Assembly (NCBI RefSeq): GCF_009914755.1
Contig: NC_060931.1
Origin: the human T2T-CHM13v2.0 reference genome, Homo sapiens
DNA length: 64,000 bases
Strand: one strand, 5' to 3'
Below the pieces are notes generated by a model. The model saw only the letters and a list, made by a program, of their open reading frames with translations, searched no databases and was not told where the DNA came from. Positions 13,090 to 25,944 of the stretch are shown piece after piece. The position numbers were made by a program, and so were the translations under genes. How positions within the stretch are numbered: the stretch's first letter is position 1; each line of letters begins with the position of its first letter.

Positions 13090-13461
13090 TTATCAGCAGC
13101 TGTATTGACAAGATTTTCATTACTTCCTAAATGTCTGCACTGGCTTGCTTTATTTTTCCTTTTAAAGTTTATATATATATATATGTATATAATATATATA
13201 TGTATTATGTGTGTGTGTGTATATATATGTGTGTATATATATATGTATATATATACACATATATATACATATATATATACACACATATATATACACACAT
13301 ATATATACACACATATATATACACACACACACACATAATATATATGTATTATATATATGTATATAATATATATATATATATTATCAGCAGCTGTATTGAC
13401 AAGATTTTCATTACTTCCTAAATGTCTGCACTGGCTTGCTTTATTTTTCCTTTTAAAGTTT
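13090..13461. repeat. Direct tandem duplication (period 291 bp) containing an identical 81-bp unique segment
   Basis: TTATCAGCAGCTGTATTGACAAG...CCTTTTAAAGTTT at 13090-13170 and 13381-13461. Confidence 0.95.
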
Positions 13462-13892
13462 ATATATATATAAATGTATATAATATATATACATATATAT
13501 AATACATATATATGTATATAATATATATATGTATTATGTGTGTGTGTGTATATATATGTGTATATATATATGTATATATATATACACATATATATACACA
13601 CATATATATACACACACACACATAATACATATATATATTATATACATATATATGTATTATATATATGTATATATATTATATACATATATATGTATTATAT
13701 ATATGTATATATATTATATACATATATATGTATTATATATATGTATATATATTATATACATATATATGTATTATATATATGTATATATATTATATACATA
13801 TATATGTATTATATATATGTATATATATTATATACATATATATGTATTATATATATGTATATATATTATATACATTTATATATATATATATA
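13171..13892. repeat. Complex (TA/TG/CA)n palindromic AT-rich repeat including a 38-bp VNTR (about 6.5 copies, 13632-13875)
   Basis: Unit CATATATATGTATTATATATATGTATATATATTATATA; its C recurs at 13645, 13683, 13721, 13759, 13797, 13835 and 13873. Confidence 0.95.
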
Positions 13893-14329
13893 AAAATCCC
13901 AGATTGACTGAGTTAATCCAGATATCCAGATAACTGCACTTTACTTCTATAGCAAGCTTTACAGGGCCAATAATTTTCTTGCATGTAAAATAATGCATAG
14001 GTAGTAAAATGTACAAAAAAACATTAATTTCTTTATTTCTACTGCCATAAAAATCTATCTATATATTTTTAGAAAATCTGAGACATAAAATTTCATTACA
14101 TAGAATTAACCTGAATTACATTTAATATAATGTAGTTATCCTATCTTTAAGACATATTTTGTGATCTTACCTTTAGCCAGTAATTAATGCCACTTCTAAG
14201 ATAATAAACAACATTATTTCCTAAGGAAATAGTCAGAAATGGAATGAAAATTTTCTGTACAGTTAACAAATTACCCATAAAATGTAAACTTGGTTTTGAA
14301 AAAACCCAAAGCTATGTTTTCCAGAAGAA

Positions 14330-14480
14330 AACAACTGGAAAAAAATGTAGAAAATAGTAATAGTGGTTATTCTGAAATAGAATTCTGGGTAATTTTAATT
14401 TTCTTCCCTGTTCTTTTTTATATTTTGTATTTTTCCTATAGTAATCATTTATTATTTTTCAATGATAAAATATGTAAATC
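14330..14480 (+). mobile_element. L1ME-type 3' end fragment
   Basis: aatagtggttattctg...gggtaattttaattttcttc...ttttgtatttttcctatagtaatc pattern. Confidence 0.5.
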
Positions 14481-14869
14481 ATAATTTAAGAAAAGTATTC
14501 AAGCAATAATCTTCAATGAAACAAATTCAAATATTCAAGTATGTAAATTACAACATGGTACTTTGCCTCTTGTCCCACTATGATTCTGTTCTAATTTCTG
14601 TTTACCCTTCCTGACATCTTTTCTGTGCCTCTAAACTCACACAAACGCATACACTTTCGCATACTTACATACTCAAACACATACAGACTTTTTTAAAAAT
14701 GAAAATATACTCATACAGTGGTCTGTAGAATTTTTCAAGCCAATTATTAAAGGGTTGGTGCTTGAATCGAGCCATGGTTAGTGTTCACCTCATGGACATC
14801 AGCAAACACTACTCAAGGCTTCCTCCTTCAATGAGAGATGGATCCCAACACACCAGTGGTGTGTACTGT

Positions 14870-15580
14870 ATGTTTTATTCAGCAGCTTGCTTTTCACTTA
14901 GTAATGTACCACAGGCCTTGTTCCAAGTCAGTACATATAGCTTTATCTGATTTTTTTTATGGTTGCGTGATCTTCTGTTGCATCGATGGAACCATCTCTC
15001 TATGGATAAACTTTTGTGCATTTTCCAATTTTTCACTTCACAAGTTATCCTGTAAAGAAGTATGATGCTTATATAATTGAGGTATTTGTGCAAGTCTTTC
15101 TGAAGTTCAGATTCTTAGAAGTGGAGGTTCGTTGGTCAAAAGACATGTAAATTTAAAGTTTGACTACTATTGGTAGATTGCTCTCCAAAATCATTGTTCC
15201 AGTTTATACATCAACCAATTCTCCATCTTCTGGTGATCTTTTGATTGAAATCAATCTTCTAAATTTTCTAATTTTATAGGCAAAATGATAAGTATACTTT
15301 AATTATCTGTAAGGTTAACCACTTTTTTATGTTTATTGGTCATTTGAATGTCTTTTTGATTTATTTATAGGTACCCTTTATATTATGGATACTACATTTT
15401 TGTTACATGTGTTGTAAATATTTTCTTCCAATATATTCTTTTTTATTTCCATCTTATTGATGGTTTCTTTTGTCTTATAAGAGATAAAATTTTGCCTTAT
15501 GATATCTAGCTTTCATGCCAGACTTATAAAGTCTTCTCTAATCTAAGACTAGGACATTATTAGATGACATCTTTTCTTCC
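14870..15580 (-). mobile_element. L1ME-type 3' region, antisense
   Basis: cagcttgctttttcacttagtaat..., attcttagaagtgga...ggtcaaaagacatg..., tgtttattggtcatttgaatgtc. Confidence 0.7.
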
Positions 15581-16019
15581 ACATGTTTTCATGGAAAAGG
15601 AGGCTTCCATTCCCACCCAAAGACCCAAGGAGTATTGAAATGATCTCATCTGCTTCTTTACTTTTCACCATGCGAGGAGGATTGGCTAATTTGACTGGTA
15701 AGAATCACAGGCATTTATTGGGCTGGATTTACAAACGTTATGGTCAGAGTGTTGAAACTGATAGTTTCCTATGACACAGCCTCTTGTCTTCTTGGATACA
15801 TACTCTGAAGAATGGGCAGGAGAGCATGTGGGAGGAACAGAGGGAAAGTTGTTTTCCATGCCTACATTTTTATAGAGGTTCCATTTCAATGCCCACTGAG
15901 ACTATGTAAATAAGACATCAAAGGAATCAGAGGAAAATGATCAATTAAAAATGTGAGTGGCCAAGCTGTAAAATAGAAAGAGCAAATTAAATGAATGGTG
16001 ACTCCTGCAATGCTACTCC

Positions 16020-16399
16020 CCACTGTGGCATACATACTAGTGTTTACAGCTTCCTGGTTCATGGGAGGATTGTACTTCTCTGCCCTTTAGAAGTTAAGAG
16101 GAACCACTGAATGAGTTCTGGCCACTGGACTGTGGTGGAAAAGTGATGTATGTCACTGTATAGCCAGGACATTCAATTGGGATGGTGAGACTTTCTGCTG
16201 CAGTGATCATGGAAGGATGTGCTGAGATCCATGCCTCTGTCAGCAGGGTCTCTGAGTGACGAGAGTGAACAGAGCCCTGCTGCCAACCCATGTTTGACAT
16301 GTAGCATGAACAAGAAAAAAATGCTGTTTTAAGATGCTGAGATTTTGAAGTGAAGTTGTTTGTTACTGCAGACTGACCTAGCCTATGCTGACTGTCACA
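16020..16399 (+). mobile_element. MLT1 (ERVL-MaLR) solo LTR
   Basis: gtgatgtatgtcact..., acatgtagcatgaacaagaaa..., ttgtttgttactgcagactgacctagcctatgctgactgtcaca (MLT1 3' end). Confidence 0.8.
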
Positions 16400-17753
16400 T
16401 TCATCAACAAACAGTGTAGACCTCACCCCAGGTGTATTCCCTTTAATGTCAGCCTCTTTAGAGGGGCTTACCTTGCACTGTCAATCTCCAAGTGGTAAAT
16501 GGATCTTATCAGAGTCTGCTGGAGACCCATTGAGATGCCTGTTTGTACTTTGTTTCAGCTTTTCAGTTCTATGTGGCTGGCTAAGTCGTGCCTTCAGGGC
16601 ACACTGACCTGTTTTTAACTGGGGCAGGGAGAATAGAAATCTTCTCCTTTGTCTCAGGCTGTCTCTTACACTGCATCCTCCAATCAGAGGCCTTGCCTTT
16701 GGAAGATTTGGAAACACCTGCCAGGACATGAATAACATTGGCAATTTGATCCTCACTGGGCAAGTGATTCTGGAGTGTGTGTATGTTCTCTGTAAGTTGG
16801 ATCCCAGAAAGGATAATGGGGGAGTGTTAGGCTTCCTAACATCCCACAAAAGACATCCTCCTTAATTTTATTCTGGTAGAAGTTTTATATTTATATCATA
16901 GGAGTACAGTTTTAACATGCTATATTTTGCACATTATTGTGTTTAACATGACACATTTAATTCAAGCATGCAATTCTGAATTCCACCACCTTTTTATGTA
17001 AAAATGGTAAGAAAATACACTGGGAAAAAAAATGGAACTCTTAGAAATTTCACCATCTGACCTAGGAATGGACACCAATACTATAAAGTAGCAAAGACTA
17101 TTTATGAGAGCAATTTTTGTGACATTATTCTCTGTCTATAAATATGTCCTCAATGCAAGAAGACCAAGGAGGGGGAAACTCCCCTGTAATACTCATTTAG
17201 GGAAGTGAAGGACTGCTTTCCAAACCAAGGCAAGTGCTGTTGCAGTAATGGGGCATCAAACAGGCAAAATTGCATGTGTTGTCAATGGCTACAGTGTAAT
17301 TTTATTGATTTACAATGTTTAAAGTGAAGACATGATTTCTGGCTTATATAAGGTGTCACACTGGAGTAATTGCACACCAACTGGATTTTATGACCAGTAA
17401 AGAACATGTAATGCCCACACAGATTCCTCAGGCTGTCTAGCATTTACGGTTGTTCAGTAATCAAGGAGTTGTTATTAGCCGTTGTCTTGCTTGAATAGTC
17501 ACAGAAAGAACAGATGTTACCTGGCATGGACTTGGTTTTAGCATACTTATTTAAATCCTCCAAAGGAAAACATCCTCAAGTTGCTAGCTTGGTGTAGTCT
17601 TGATCCATTCTGCCCCCTTGGTCCTCCATTGTCCAAGTTTTCAGGAATCCCATAATGCTCTCTGTTGCATGAAGGCTGCCATACCCCAGGCTCAAGTACA
17701 AAATTATTGGGAAATACATCTGTCTTTAAGCAATTCACCAGAGTCCTCAGAGG

Positions 17754-17910
17754 CAGTGATTCTCATGCCCCTTCATCAGAATCACCAGGTTTCCAGGCCC
17801 TATCTCAGATGCATTGAAGTAGAATCTCCTGGGCGTAGGGACTTAAAGAGTGCATTTTGAACAAACACCCTAGGGGATTCTTACGCACAGGAGAGTCTAG
17901 GAACCTGGAA
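17754..17910. mobile_element. MER5A-like hAT-Charlie MITE
   Basis: cagtgattctca...catcagaatcacc...tgcattttgaacaaacaccctaggggattctta. Confidence 0.7.
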
Positions 17911-20339
17911 GTGAAGAAAGAATGTACTTAAGCTGTGACCCATTAGAAAATTTTAAAGAACGTATGGGGTCGATTTTCATTATCATTTTGTTTTCCATTT
18001 ATGAAATACCTTTATTCAGAGAAACTAAAAAATCCAAGTTTACATCCTTTTTCCAAATGATTTTCATGATGCTTTAAGACACATTACATTCAAGATTTGT
18101 TGTGCATAAGAATACATGTCCATATATTTCTACTTCTACAGGGATTATAGATATATTTTATGTAAAGATTCTTTCTGGAGCTTACCCATTCCATTTTTGA
18201 CAATAAAATGTTTTGAGATATTTTGAGACAATTGTGTTTAATGAAGGAGCAGATACTGTAGCATTTTGATTTAAAATTAAAAGACGTTGTTTTTCTGAGA
18301 CTGATAGATTTATAAAGCGATTTTCAAAATATTGCCACCTTCGTCATGAAATAATAAATGTTTTCTGAGACTGACCAATACTGTGATGGGATTAAATTAG
18401 AAATCCATTTCTGTTCTTACAGGTTGTTGTGGTTAGCACAGGATGTCGTTTCTCACAGGCTAAAAATTGCTGACAGAGCCCATGAATAAGTTGATAAATA
18501 TGAGCATTTTTTTGCAGAAAAAACATGTTCAAGTTAGCATGCAGAAAGAAGAAAAGATATTTTTCCATATGATGTTTTATAAGAAGGCTGTGATTTTTTT
18601 TTGTAACTGGTGATTGGCTTAGCTGGGAAACATATTAAAGGGCAATTATCAGTCCTCTTTGAAGGCACAAAAGGTGATTCCTATCTGTGGTCATTCCAGG
18701 GGCATGGTTTGGTCCCTTTCTGAACCCTCACCAGATGCAAATCTTATTTGATCAATTTTGCAATGCTTCTTGTGAAAACAGACTGGCATAAGGAGTCTGT
18801 GGCCTTCTAGGTAGTGACTTCTCTGGGTACACAGGTATCCATCTCATTACAGTAATGTTCCTTGAGATTCTTTAAGGCTGTAAACCCTGTAGTTATGATA
18901 TAGTACACTCCTCTATCAGTTTCCATTCCTCAGAGCAATAAGCATCGCGAATTCGCATCCCGTACCTATAGCTCGAACTGAGAAATTATCAGCACCTTAG
19001 TCAGCTTCAGGACCCACTGGGTGGGATTTTCACTCCTACCTTTACATGCCCCAAAGCATGAGAGCTTCCTATATAAAAGCCTGTGGCTAACCCAGCTTCA
19101 TTCATTCCAGAGGTGTGAGGGGAGGGGTTTCCAGCAAGTTATAGCTCTTTATGCTCTCTCCCTGCCAAGATTCTAGGCACATTGCCATTCGTAGACTTTA
19201 TGGGATTTTTCCAGTATCTGTTTGCCATAAACCTTCTTGATCTCTCTGACTTCCCTTCTAGTATTATTTGTATTCTCACATTGGGATGAGGCTCTTTAGC
19301 TTGTTTTTTTTTTTAATCTTTATTGAGGCATAATTTACATGCTGTACATTCACTCATTCAAAATGTACAATGTAATGATTTTTGTTAAATTTGTGAAGTT
19401 TCACAACCATCACTACAACCAGTTTTAGAACACTGTCTTCATTCCAAAATGTTTCCTTATTCCCCTCTACAGCCAGTCTCCACTCCTACCCCTACCCCAG
19501 GCAACCAAAGGTCTGCTTTCTGTCACTACAAATTGGCCTTTTCCAGACATTTTACTAATCCATTTTTATTTTCCATTTTACTTTAATTTTATCACATTTT
19601 ATTTACCCATTCATAGTTGACAGACACTTGGATTGTTTCCTGTCTTTTGCTATTAAGAGTAATGTGGCTATGATCAGGCAGATACAAGTATTTGTGTAGA
19701 GATGTTTTCACTTTTCTTGGGTAGATTCTTAGAAGTGGGATTTGTGGGTCATATTGATATGTTTATGGTTCACTTTTTAGAAAACTGTTAAACAGTTTTC
19801 CAAATGGCTGTACCATTTTACATTAGCATCAGCAGGATATAACAGCTCAGGTTTCTCCACCTTCTTGCCAAAAATTGATATTGTCTATATTTTTTATTAT
19901 AACTATTGTAATGGATTTATTGTGGTATCTCATTGTGGTTTAATTTGCGTTTCTCAAATTACTAAATAAGTGAGCATCCTTTCCCGTGTCTTTTAGCTAT
20001 TTGTATATCTCATTTGGCGAAAGTATATTTAAATTTTTTTCTCATTTTTAAATTGAGTTGTTTGTCTTATTGAGCTGAAGAGTTTGTTATATATTCTGGA
20101 TACAAGCACTTTGTCGGAAATCTGATTTTCAAATATTTTCCCCCAGTCTGTGGCTTGTCTTTTTATTTTCTTAATAGTTTAATTTGAAGTGCAAGAGTTA
20201 TTCATCTTAATAATCTTTTTTAAAAAATGGGTTGTGCTTTTATTGTCACATTAAGAATTCCTTATATAACCCAAGTCACAGAGCTTTTCTTCTAGATCAG
20301 GATTTTGCATAACAGCATTCTTGCTATTTTCTTCTCGAT

Positions 20340-20565
20340 CAGCATTTTGCAATAGCAGCATTCTTGATATGTTGAGCCAGATAATTCTTTGTCATGGGAG
20401 CCTGTCTTTTTCATTCCAGAATACATAGCAGCATCCATGGCTTTTATGCACTAGATCCATTAGCGCTTGCCTGACCCCTTCTCACTGGTTATGACAACTG
20501 AAAATGTCTCGAGACATTATCAAATGTCCCTTGGCAAGCAAATTCATCCTGATTGAGAACCACTG
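20340..20565 (-). mobile_element. MER20 hAT-Charlie DNA transposon
   Basis: gccagataattctttgtc...agcagcatccatggc...cactagat...gacaactgaaaatgtctcgagacattatcaaatgtccc...ttgagaaccactg; TCTAGA-like target flanks. Confidence 0.88.
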
Positions 20566-21959
20566 TTCCAGAAGTTTTATAGTTTAAACTACTAGCATTT
20601 AGGGTTATGGTCTATTTTGAGTTTATTTGTGCATGTGGTATGAGATAAAGATCTAAGTTCTTTTTTTCTTTCATATGAATATCCACTTGTCCCAGCACCA
20701 TTTGTTAACAGACTGTCATTCCCCCCATTAAATTGTCTCCACATTTTTGTCAAAAATTAATTGACCAAAATTGTAAACATTTAATTCTGGAATTTCATTT
20801 TGCTCCATTAACCTATATACATACACTTACAGCAATGCCTCACTGCCTTGATTACTGTAGCTTTATAGTAAGTTTTGAAACCAGGTAGTTAGTGCAAGTC
20901 TTCCAACTTTGTTCTTCTTTTTGGAAATTATTCAGGTTATTCCAGGCTCTCTGCATTTATGTATAAATTTTATATATTGATCAATTTGTCATTTTTCACA
21001 AAAAAAGCCTATTGAAATTTTGATAGGAATTGCCATGAATCTGTATAAATAAAATTGAGGAGAATTGCCATTTTAACACTATTAGGTTTTCCAATCCATG
21101 AAAAGGGAATATGTCTCCACTTATTTCTTTACCTCCCTTTATTTCTTTCACTCAGCACTTGTAGTTTTCATTGTATAAATCTTACACTTTGTTAGATTCA
21201 TCATTAGTATTTTGTTTTATGTTACTATTGTGAATGGAATTGTATTCTTGATTTGATTTTCAGATTGTTCATTACTAGTATTTGCAACGACAATAGATTT
21301 TTTGTATATTGATCTTCTATCATGCAACCTTGTAGAAGGCGTGTGGTGTGTATGTGTATATTCCTAGAACTTTCTCCATACAAGATTATGTCATCTGCAA
21401 ACAAAAAAAATTGTTTTTGACCATTCTTCTTTTCCAGTGTAGATGCACTTAATATTTTTTCTGTAGACATTGAGGAAATTCTGTTTGATTCCATTTAAAA
21501 TTTTTTAAAAATCATGAATGCATGTGGAATTTTGTCAACTGCCTTTTCTTTTTCTACATCTGTAAAATGGTCATGTAAGGTAATTTTTAGGTGTTAAATC
21601 AACTTTGTATTCTTAGGTAAATCCCACTTGGTTGTGGTATAAAATATGTTTAAACTGCTGATTGGTTTGGTTTGCTAATTTTTTAAAAGAATTTTTGCCT
21701 CTGTATTCTCAGGGACATTAATCTGCAATTTTATTTTTTTATGATGTCTTTGGCTGGCTTTGTTAAATAGGCCTCGTAGAATGATTTGGAAAGACTTTAC
21801 TCTTTCTCTATTTTCTGAAAGAGCAATTGAAGGATTGGTATTTAAATAGTTGATAGAATTCATCAGTGAAGCTATCTAGAACTAGGAGTTTCTTTGTGGT
21901 AAGAGTTTTAAATTACGAATTCCATTGCTTTATTGGTTGTAGGTCTATACAAATTTTCT

Positions 21960-22654
21960 CTCTTTTTTTAAGCTTTTATCTTAGTTTCAGGGGTATGTGT
22001 GCAGTTTTGTTACATAGCTAAATTGTATGTTGTGGGGTTTGGTGTTCAGATTATTTCATCACCCAGGTAATAAGCATATTACCTGATAGGTAGTTTTTTT
22101 TTTATCTTCACCCACCTCTCACCCTGCACCCTCAAGTAGGCCCCAGTGTCTGTTGTTCCCCTCTTTGTGTCTATGTGTTCTAAGTGAGAAAATGCATTAT
22201 TTGGTTTTCTGTTCCTGTGTTAGTGTCCTAAGGACAATGGCCTCCAGCTCCATATTGCTGCAATGGACATGATCTCATTCTTTTTTATGGCTGCCTAATA
22301 GTCCATGGTGTATATGTACCGTGTTTTCTTTATCCAGTCTACCGTTGATGGGCATCTAGGTTGATTCCATATCGTTGTTATTGTGAATAGTGCTGCAATG
22401 AACATACATGTGCATGTCTTTTTGATAGAAAAATTTATATTCCTTTGTGTATATACCCAATAATGGGATTGCTGGGTTTCATGGTAGTTCTAAGTTCTTT
22501 GGGAAATTACCAAACTGCTTTCCACAGTGGTTGAACTAATTTACATTCCCACCAGCAGTGTATGAGCCGTCCCTTTTTTCCACAACTTCCCAGCATCTAT
22601 TTTTATGACTTTTTAATAATAGCCATTCTGACTGGTGTGAGATGGTATCTCATA
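21960..22654 (-). mobile_element. 5'-truncated L1PA (older primate) inserted in L1MB
   Basis: L1PA 3' UTR text; degenerate TSD tctatacaaattttct (21944-21959) / tctatacagatttcct (22655-22670). Confidence 0.88.
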
Positions 22655-23439
22655 TCTATACAGATTTCCTATGTCTTCTTGAGTCAGTTTGCTCATTTCT
22701 GTCTTTCTAGAAATTTGTCATTTCATCTAATTTGTCAAATTTTGGGGAAAAAGTTGTTAATGTCCCTTTAGAATCCTTTTAATTTCTGTAGGGTTGGTAC
22801 TGATGTTACCTCTTTTGCTCTTTATTTTGGCAATTTGTGCTTTCTTTCTTTTTATTCTTAGTTTGGCTGAAGATTTACCAATTTTGTTGATCTTTTTAAA
22901 TAATCACCTTTTGGTTTCGTTATTTTCTATGTTTTTTTCTATTTCCTTGATGTTCATGTAAATCCATATTATTTCCTTTTTCTTTTTGTTTTTGGGTTTA
23001 GGTTGCTCTTATTTTTCTAGTTAGCTAAAGAGGAAGCTTGAATTATTGACTGGAGACTATTTTTCTTTTTGTAAACTATAAACTTCCTTTTAAGCACTGT
23101 TTTAAATGCATGATATACATATTTTGATTTTTTTGTTTTTAATTCAGCTCAAAATATTTTGCAATTTTCTCTCACTCATGGGTGTTAGAAGTGTGTTGTT
23201 TAATTTCCAAATATTTGGGGATTCATCAGATCTCTTTCTTTCATTGATTTCTGACTTAATTCCGTTGTAGTCATAGAACACACTTTATATTATTTCAATC
23301 CTTTAAATTTATTGAGGCTTGCTTTATAGCCTAGCATAGAGATCAGCAAATGATAGCTTGTGGTTATGCATCTTAAGTAATTACAATTTACTTTATCATA
23401 ATACCAACTTAATTCTGCTCTGTTATATCTGGCAGTGTG

Positions 23440-24760
23440 CCCCTGAAGTAGAATTTTTATTTTAGTTATTGTACTTTTATCACCAGAATTTCCATTTGGA
23501 TTTTTAAAATAATTTCTATATCTTTACTGAGGTCCTTTATTTTTTGGACTATTGTCATAATAATTTCCCTTAATTATTTACTGTTAATTTACTCTAGTTC
23601 TTTGAACATATATATAAAACTGAGTTGATGTTGTTATCTGCTAAATTTGGCATCTGAGGACACTCAGAGAAATGTCTATTCACTGCTATTTTCCTTCTTT
23701 AATATGAGTAACACTTTCCTGTTTCTTTGCATGTCTCATAATTTTTATTGAATGTGGACTATTTTAAGATGCCATATTATAGCAGCTCTTGATTCCAATT
23801 TTTTTTGTTCTGGAGGTTATTACCAATATTGTTTTAAAAATGTGTTTATATCTTTGTTTAGTAACTTGTTTGGACTAAATTTTTGAAGTTTTTTTCATCT
23901 ATAGTGTGTGGACACTACTCTCTGCTTAGCACCCCTTTTCCCCCAACCCCCTTGCCACAACCTTGTTCATATTTTTAAGGCTGACTTCTTAGGAGTCCTG
24001 TTTCTGCATAACCTAATGGTCAGCCAATGATTAGTGAGAGATTGGGCCCAAACACTTCAAGCCAGCAAAATCTCCCGCTGAGTTGATGGGTCTCTATGTG
24101 GATTCAGGAAAAAGTTTATAGTTCAGACAGTTTTTAGTTCAGGCTGTTTTGCAGTTTCTGGTATCTCCTCTGCAAAACACAGAGGTTCCTGGTAAGACAG
24201 GGATATGTGAACAGCTTGGACTTCTTCCAGTCTCCCCTGTGTGTACACATCACCTCCAGTCAACCAAGGGTATCAAGTGTCTCTATGACTGTCTCATTTC
24301 CCATATTTTCCTGCTAAACTTCTGGTTGGCCCATTAGGGCCTCAACCAGGATTCAACCTCAGGTATCAAAATTTGTTGTCCTAATTCCCTTGTCTTTGAT
24401 ATTGTTGCTTATTGTTGACATCTCTGCTGGGGATGGGATTGTCCAACTACTGCTCCAAATCAAGTTATTTTCCTCCTACACTTAAGCTGCTATTCACCAT
24501 GTGCCCTACCATCTAAGAATTACCATGAAGAAAAATCTGGGGGACAAGAAGGGGAGCAGCCCAGGCAAAAATGCCATGGATTTCCACAGTTCTCATGAAA
24601 ATTTGATAGTTTTTCTTTAATAAGTGCTTATCAGTTTGCTGTAAGTGTTTGGTCAATTTCCAGGACACTGTAATGGTTGTTTCTGATACATTTGTCTAGT
24701 TTTATCATTACTGTTTGGAGAAAATATTTGGTGACTTGCTCATTCCACCAATTCATTCGC
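23440..24760 (-). mobile_element. Old L1M 5'/ORF1-region remnant, antisense
   Basis: ttagttattgtacttt...agaatttccatttgg..., acactttcctgtttctttgcatgtctcataattttt pattern. Confidence 0.55.
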
Positions 24761-25944
24761 CTCTTTTTTTGTTTCCCCATAAGCTGCAGCATCTTGAATT
24801 ATTCACTTAGATCCCACAGGCCACCATGCCTAGCCTATGCTGCAGGACACCTCATATAGCCTAGCCCAGTGCTCTGCAATGGGCCTTAGACATCTAGGAG
24901 AAGACAGAATTAAATATTTTTATTATTTTGAATTTTCATGCAAATGAACCTCAGATCATTGCTTAGAGTGAGTCTCTGATAGGCAGAAGTTCTACAGGCA
25001 AAGGACACCAAGGGGCAAAGCTGATCCACAAGAGTGGCATCACTGAACACAACCCATATTCCATTTTTTGCTTAAGAGCAAGTAGTAGAGCTGGCTAGTT
25101 TTCATGTGTCTTTTATTTTACAGTATATGTTTGAGTAGGTTTGGGTAGAAATTGCTGGTGAGGGCTAATGCTCGAAAATCTACTTGTTACTTTCTATGTA
25201 CATAATATTCAGGGCACTGAGGTATGTGATAGGAAAACATCAGGACACTTGAGGAATGATTACATTTCCCTACTTAAGCTTTTCACATATACTCTACAGA
25301 AACATTAATCTTGAGTATGAAAAGCCAAAGCTCTAGGTGTAGGAATTGAACAATGTTTGAATAAGGCATTTAGTAATATTCTTTGAGACTTTTAGAGAAG
25401 ATGTTTTTTACTCAGGTGTAGCTATTCCTTTTATTTTGATTGCCAACCTCTCCTGAAAAAGATAGATTATTCTGTTAAAACAGTTACTAGAGCATGTTCT
25501 CAGAAGCAATATGGATCTAGTGGGTGGAGAAGTGGACAGGAAGTTTATGAAAAAGTGTTTGACTCTAGATCCTTATTCAAACATAGTGTATCCATGAGTG
25601 TTTATTTTTCTAGAATCCATTTATTCTCTGCTTACTGAAGCTGAGGGTGTCCTTGTCATGCACAATACTGTGTGGTTGGGAGGCGTGTAAAGTAACTATA
25701 CTTACCATTTGTGTGGCGATTCACCTGTCACGTACTCATGAACACTGAACTGGCTAGGCCCTCTTCTACCGATCACTGGCAGGTGTTGGGGGCTGACTGC
25801 TGATTATTTGGGTGTCAGTGCTGAAACACCTTCCTATCACATAGCCTATGCAACTTTGGAGAGCCTTGGAACAACAGCAGAGAATAAGCATCACATAGTG
25901 TGTCTTTCCAGTGTGACAGGAGCCATACCTAGCCAGTTTAACAA

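Larger units (their letters stand above)
19302..23340 (-). mobile_element. L1MB-type element (3' end plus ORF2), antisense, interrupted by MER20 and a younger L1PA
   Basis: 3' end ctttattgaggcataatttacat...; ORF 21225-21494(-) contains FLFADDIILYGES, matching the L1 RT catalytic motif LFADDMIVYLEN. Confidence 0.85.

Noticed and set aside
13632-13875. Regularly spaced 38-bp repeats resembling a CRISPR array
   Set aside because: Head-to-tail low-complexity units with no unique spacers and no cas genes; mammalian DNA
12936-13933. Longest ORFs in the track (227 aa on -, 80-134 aa on +), rich in Y/I/C/H/T
   Set aside because: Translations of (TA/TG/CA)n repeats that lack stop codons; the repeated peptide only reflects the DNA duplication
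18400-18430. Pyrimidine tract + CAG|GTTGTT as a possible recursive splice site
   Set aside because: The reconstituted donor GTTGTT is far from the GTAAG/GTGAG consensus
18946-18956. CpG-containing palindrome GCGAATTCGC
   Set aside because: A 10-bp palindrome is expected by chance in 64 kb and has no supporting context
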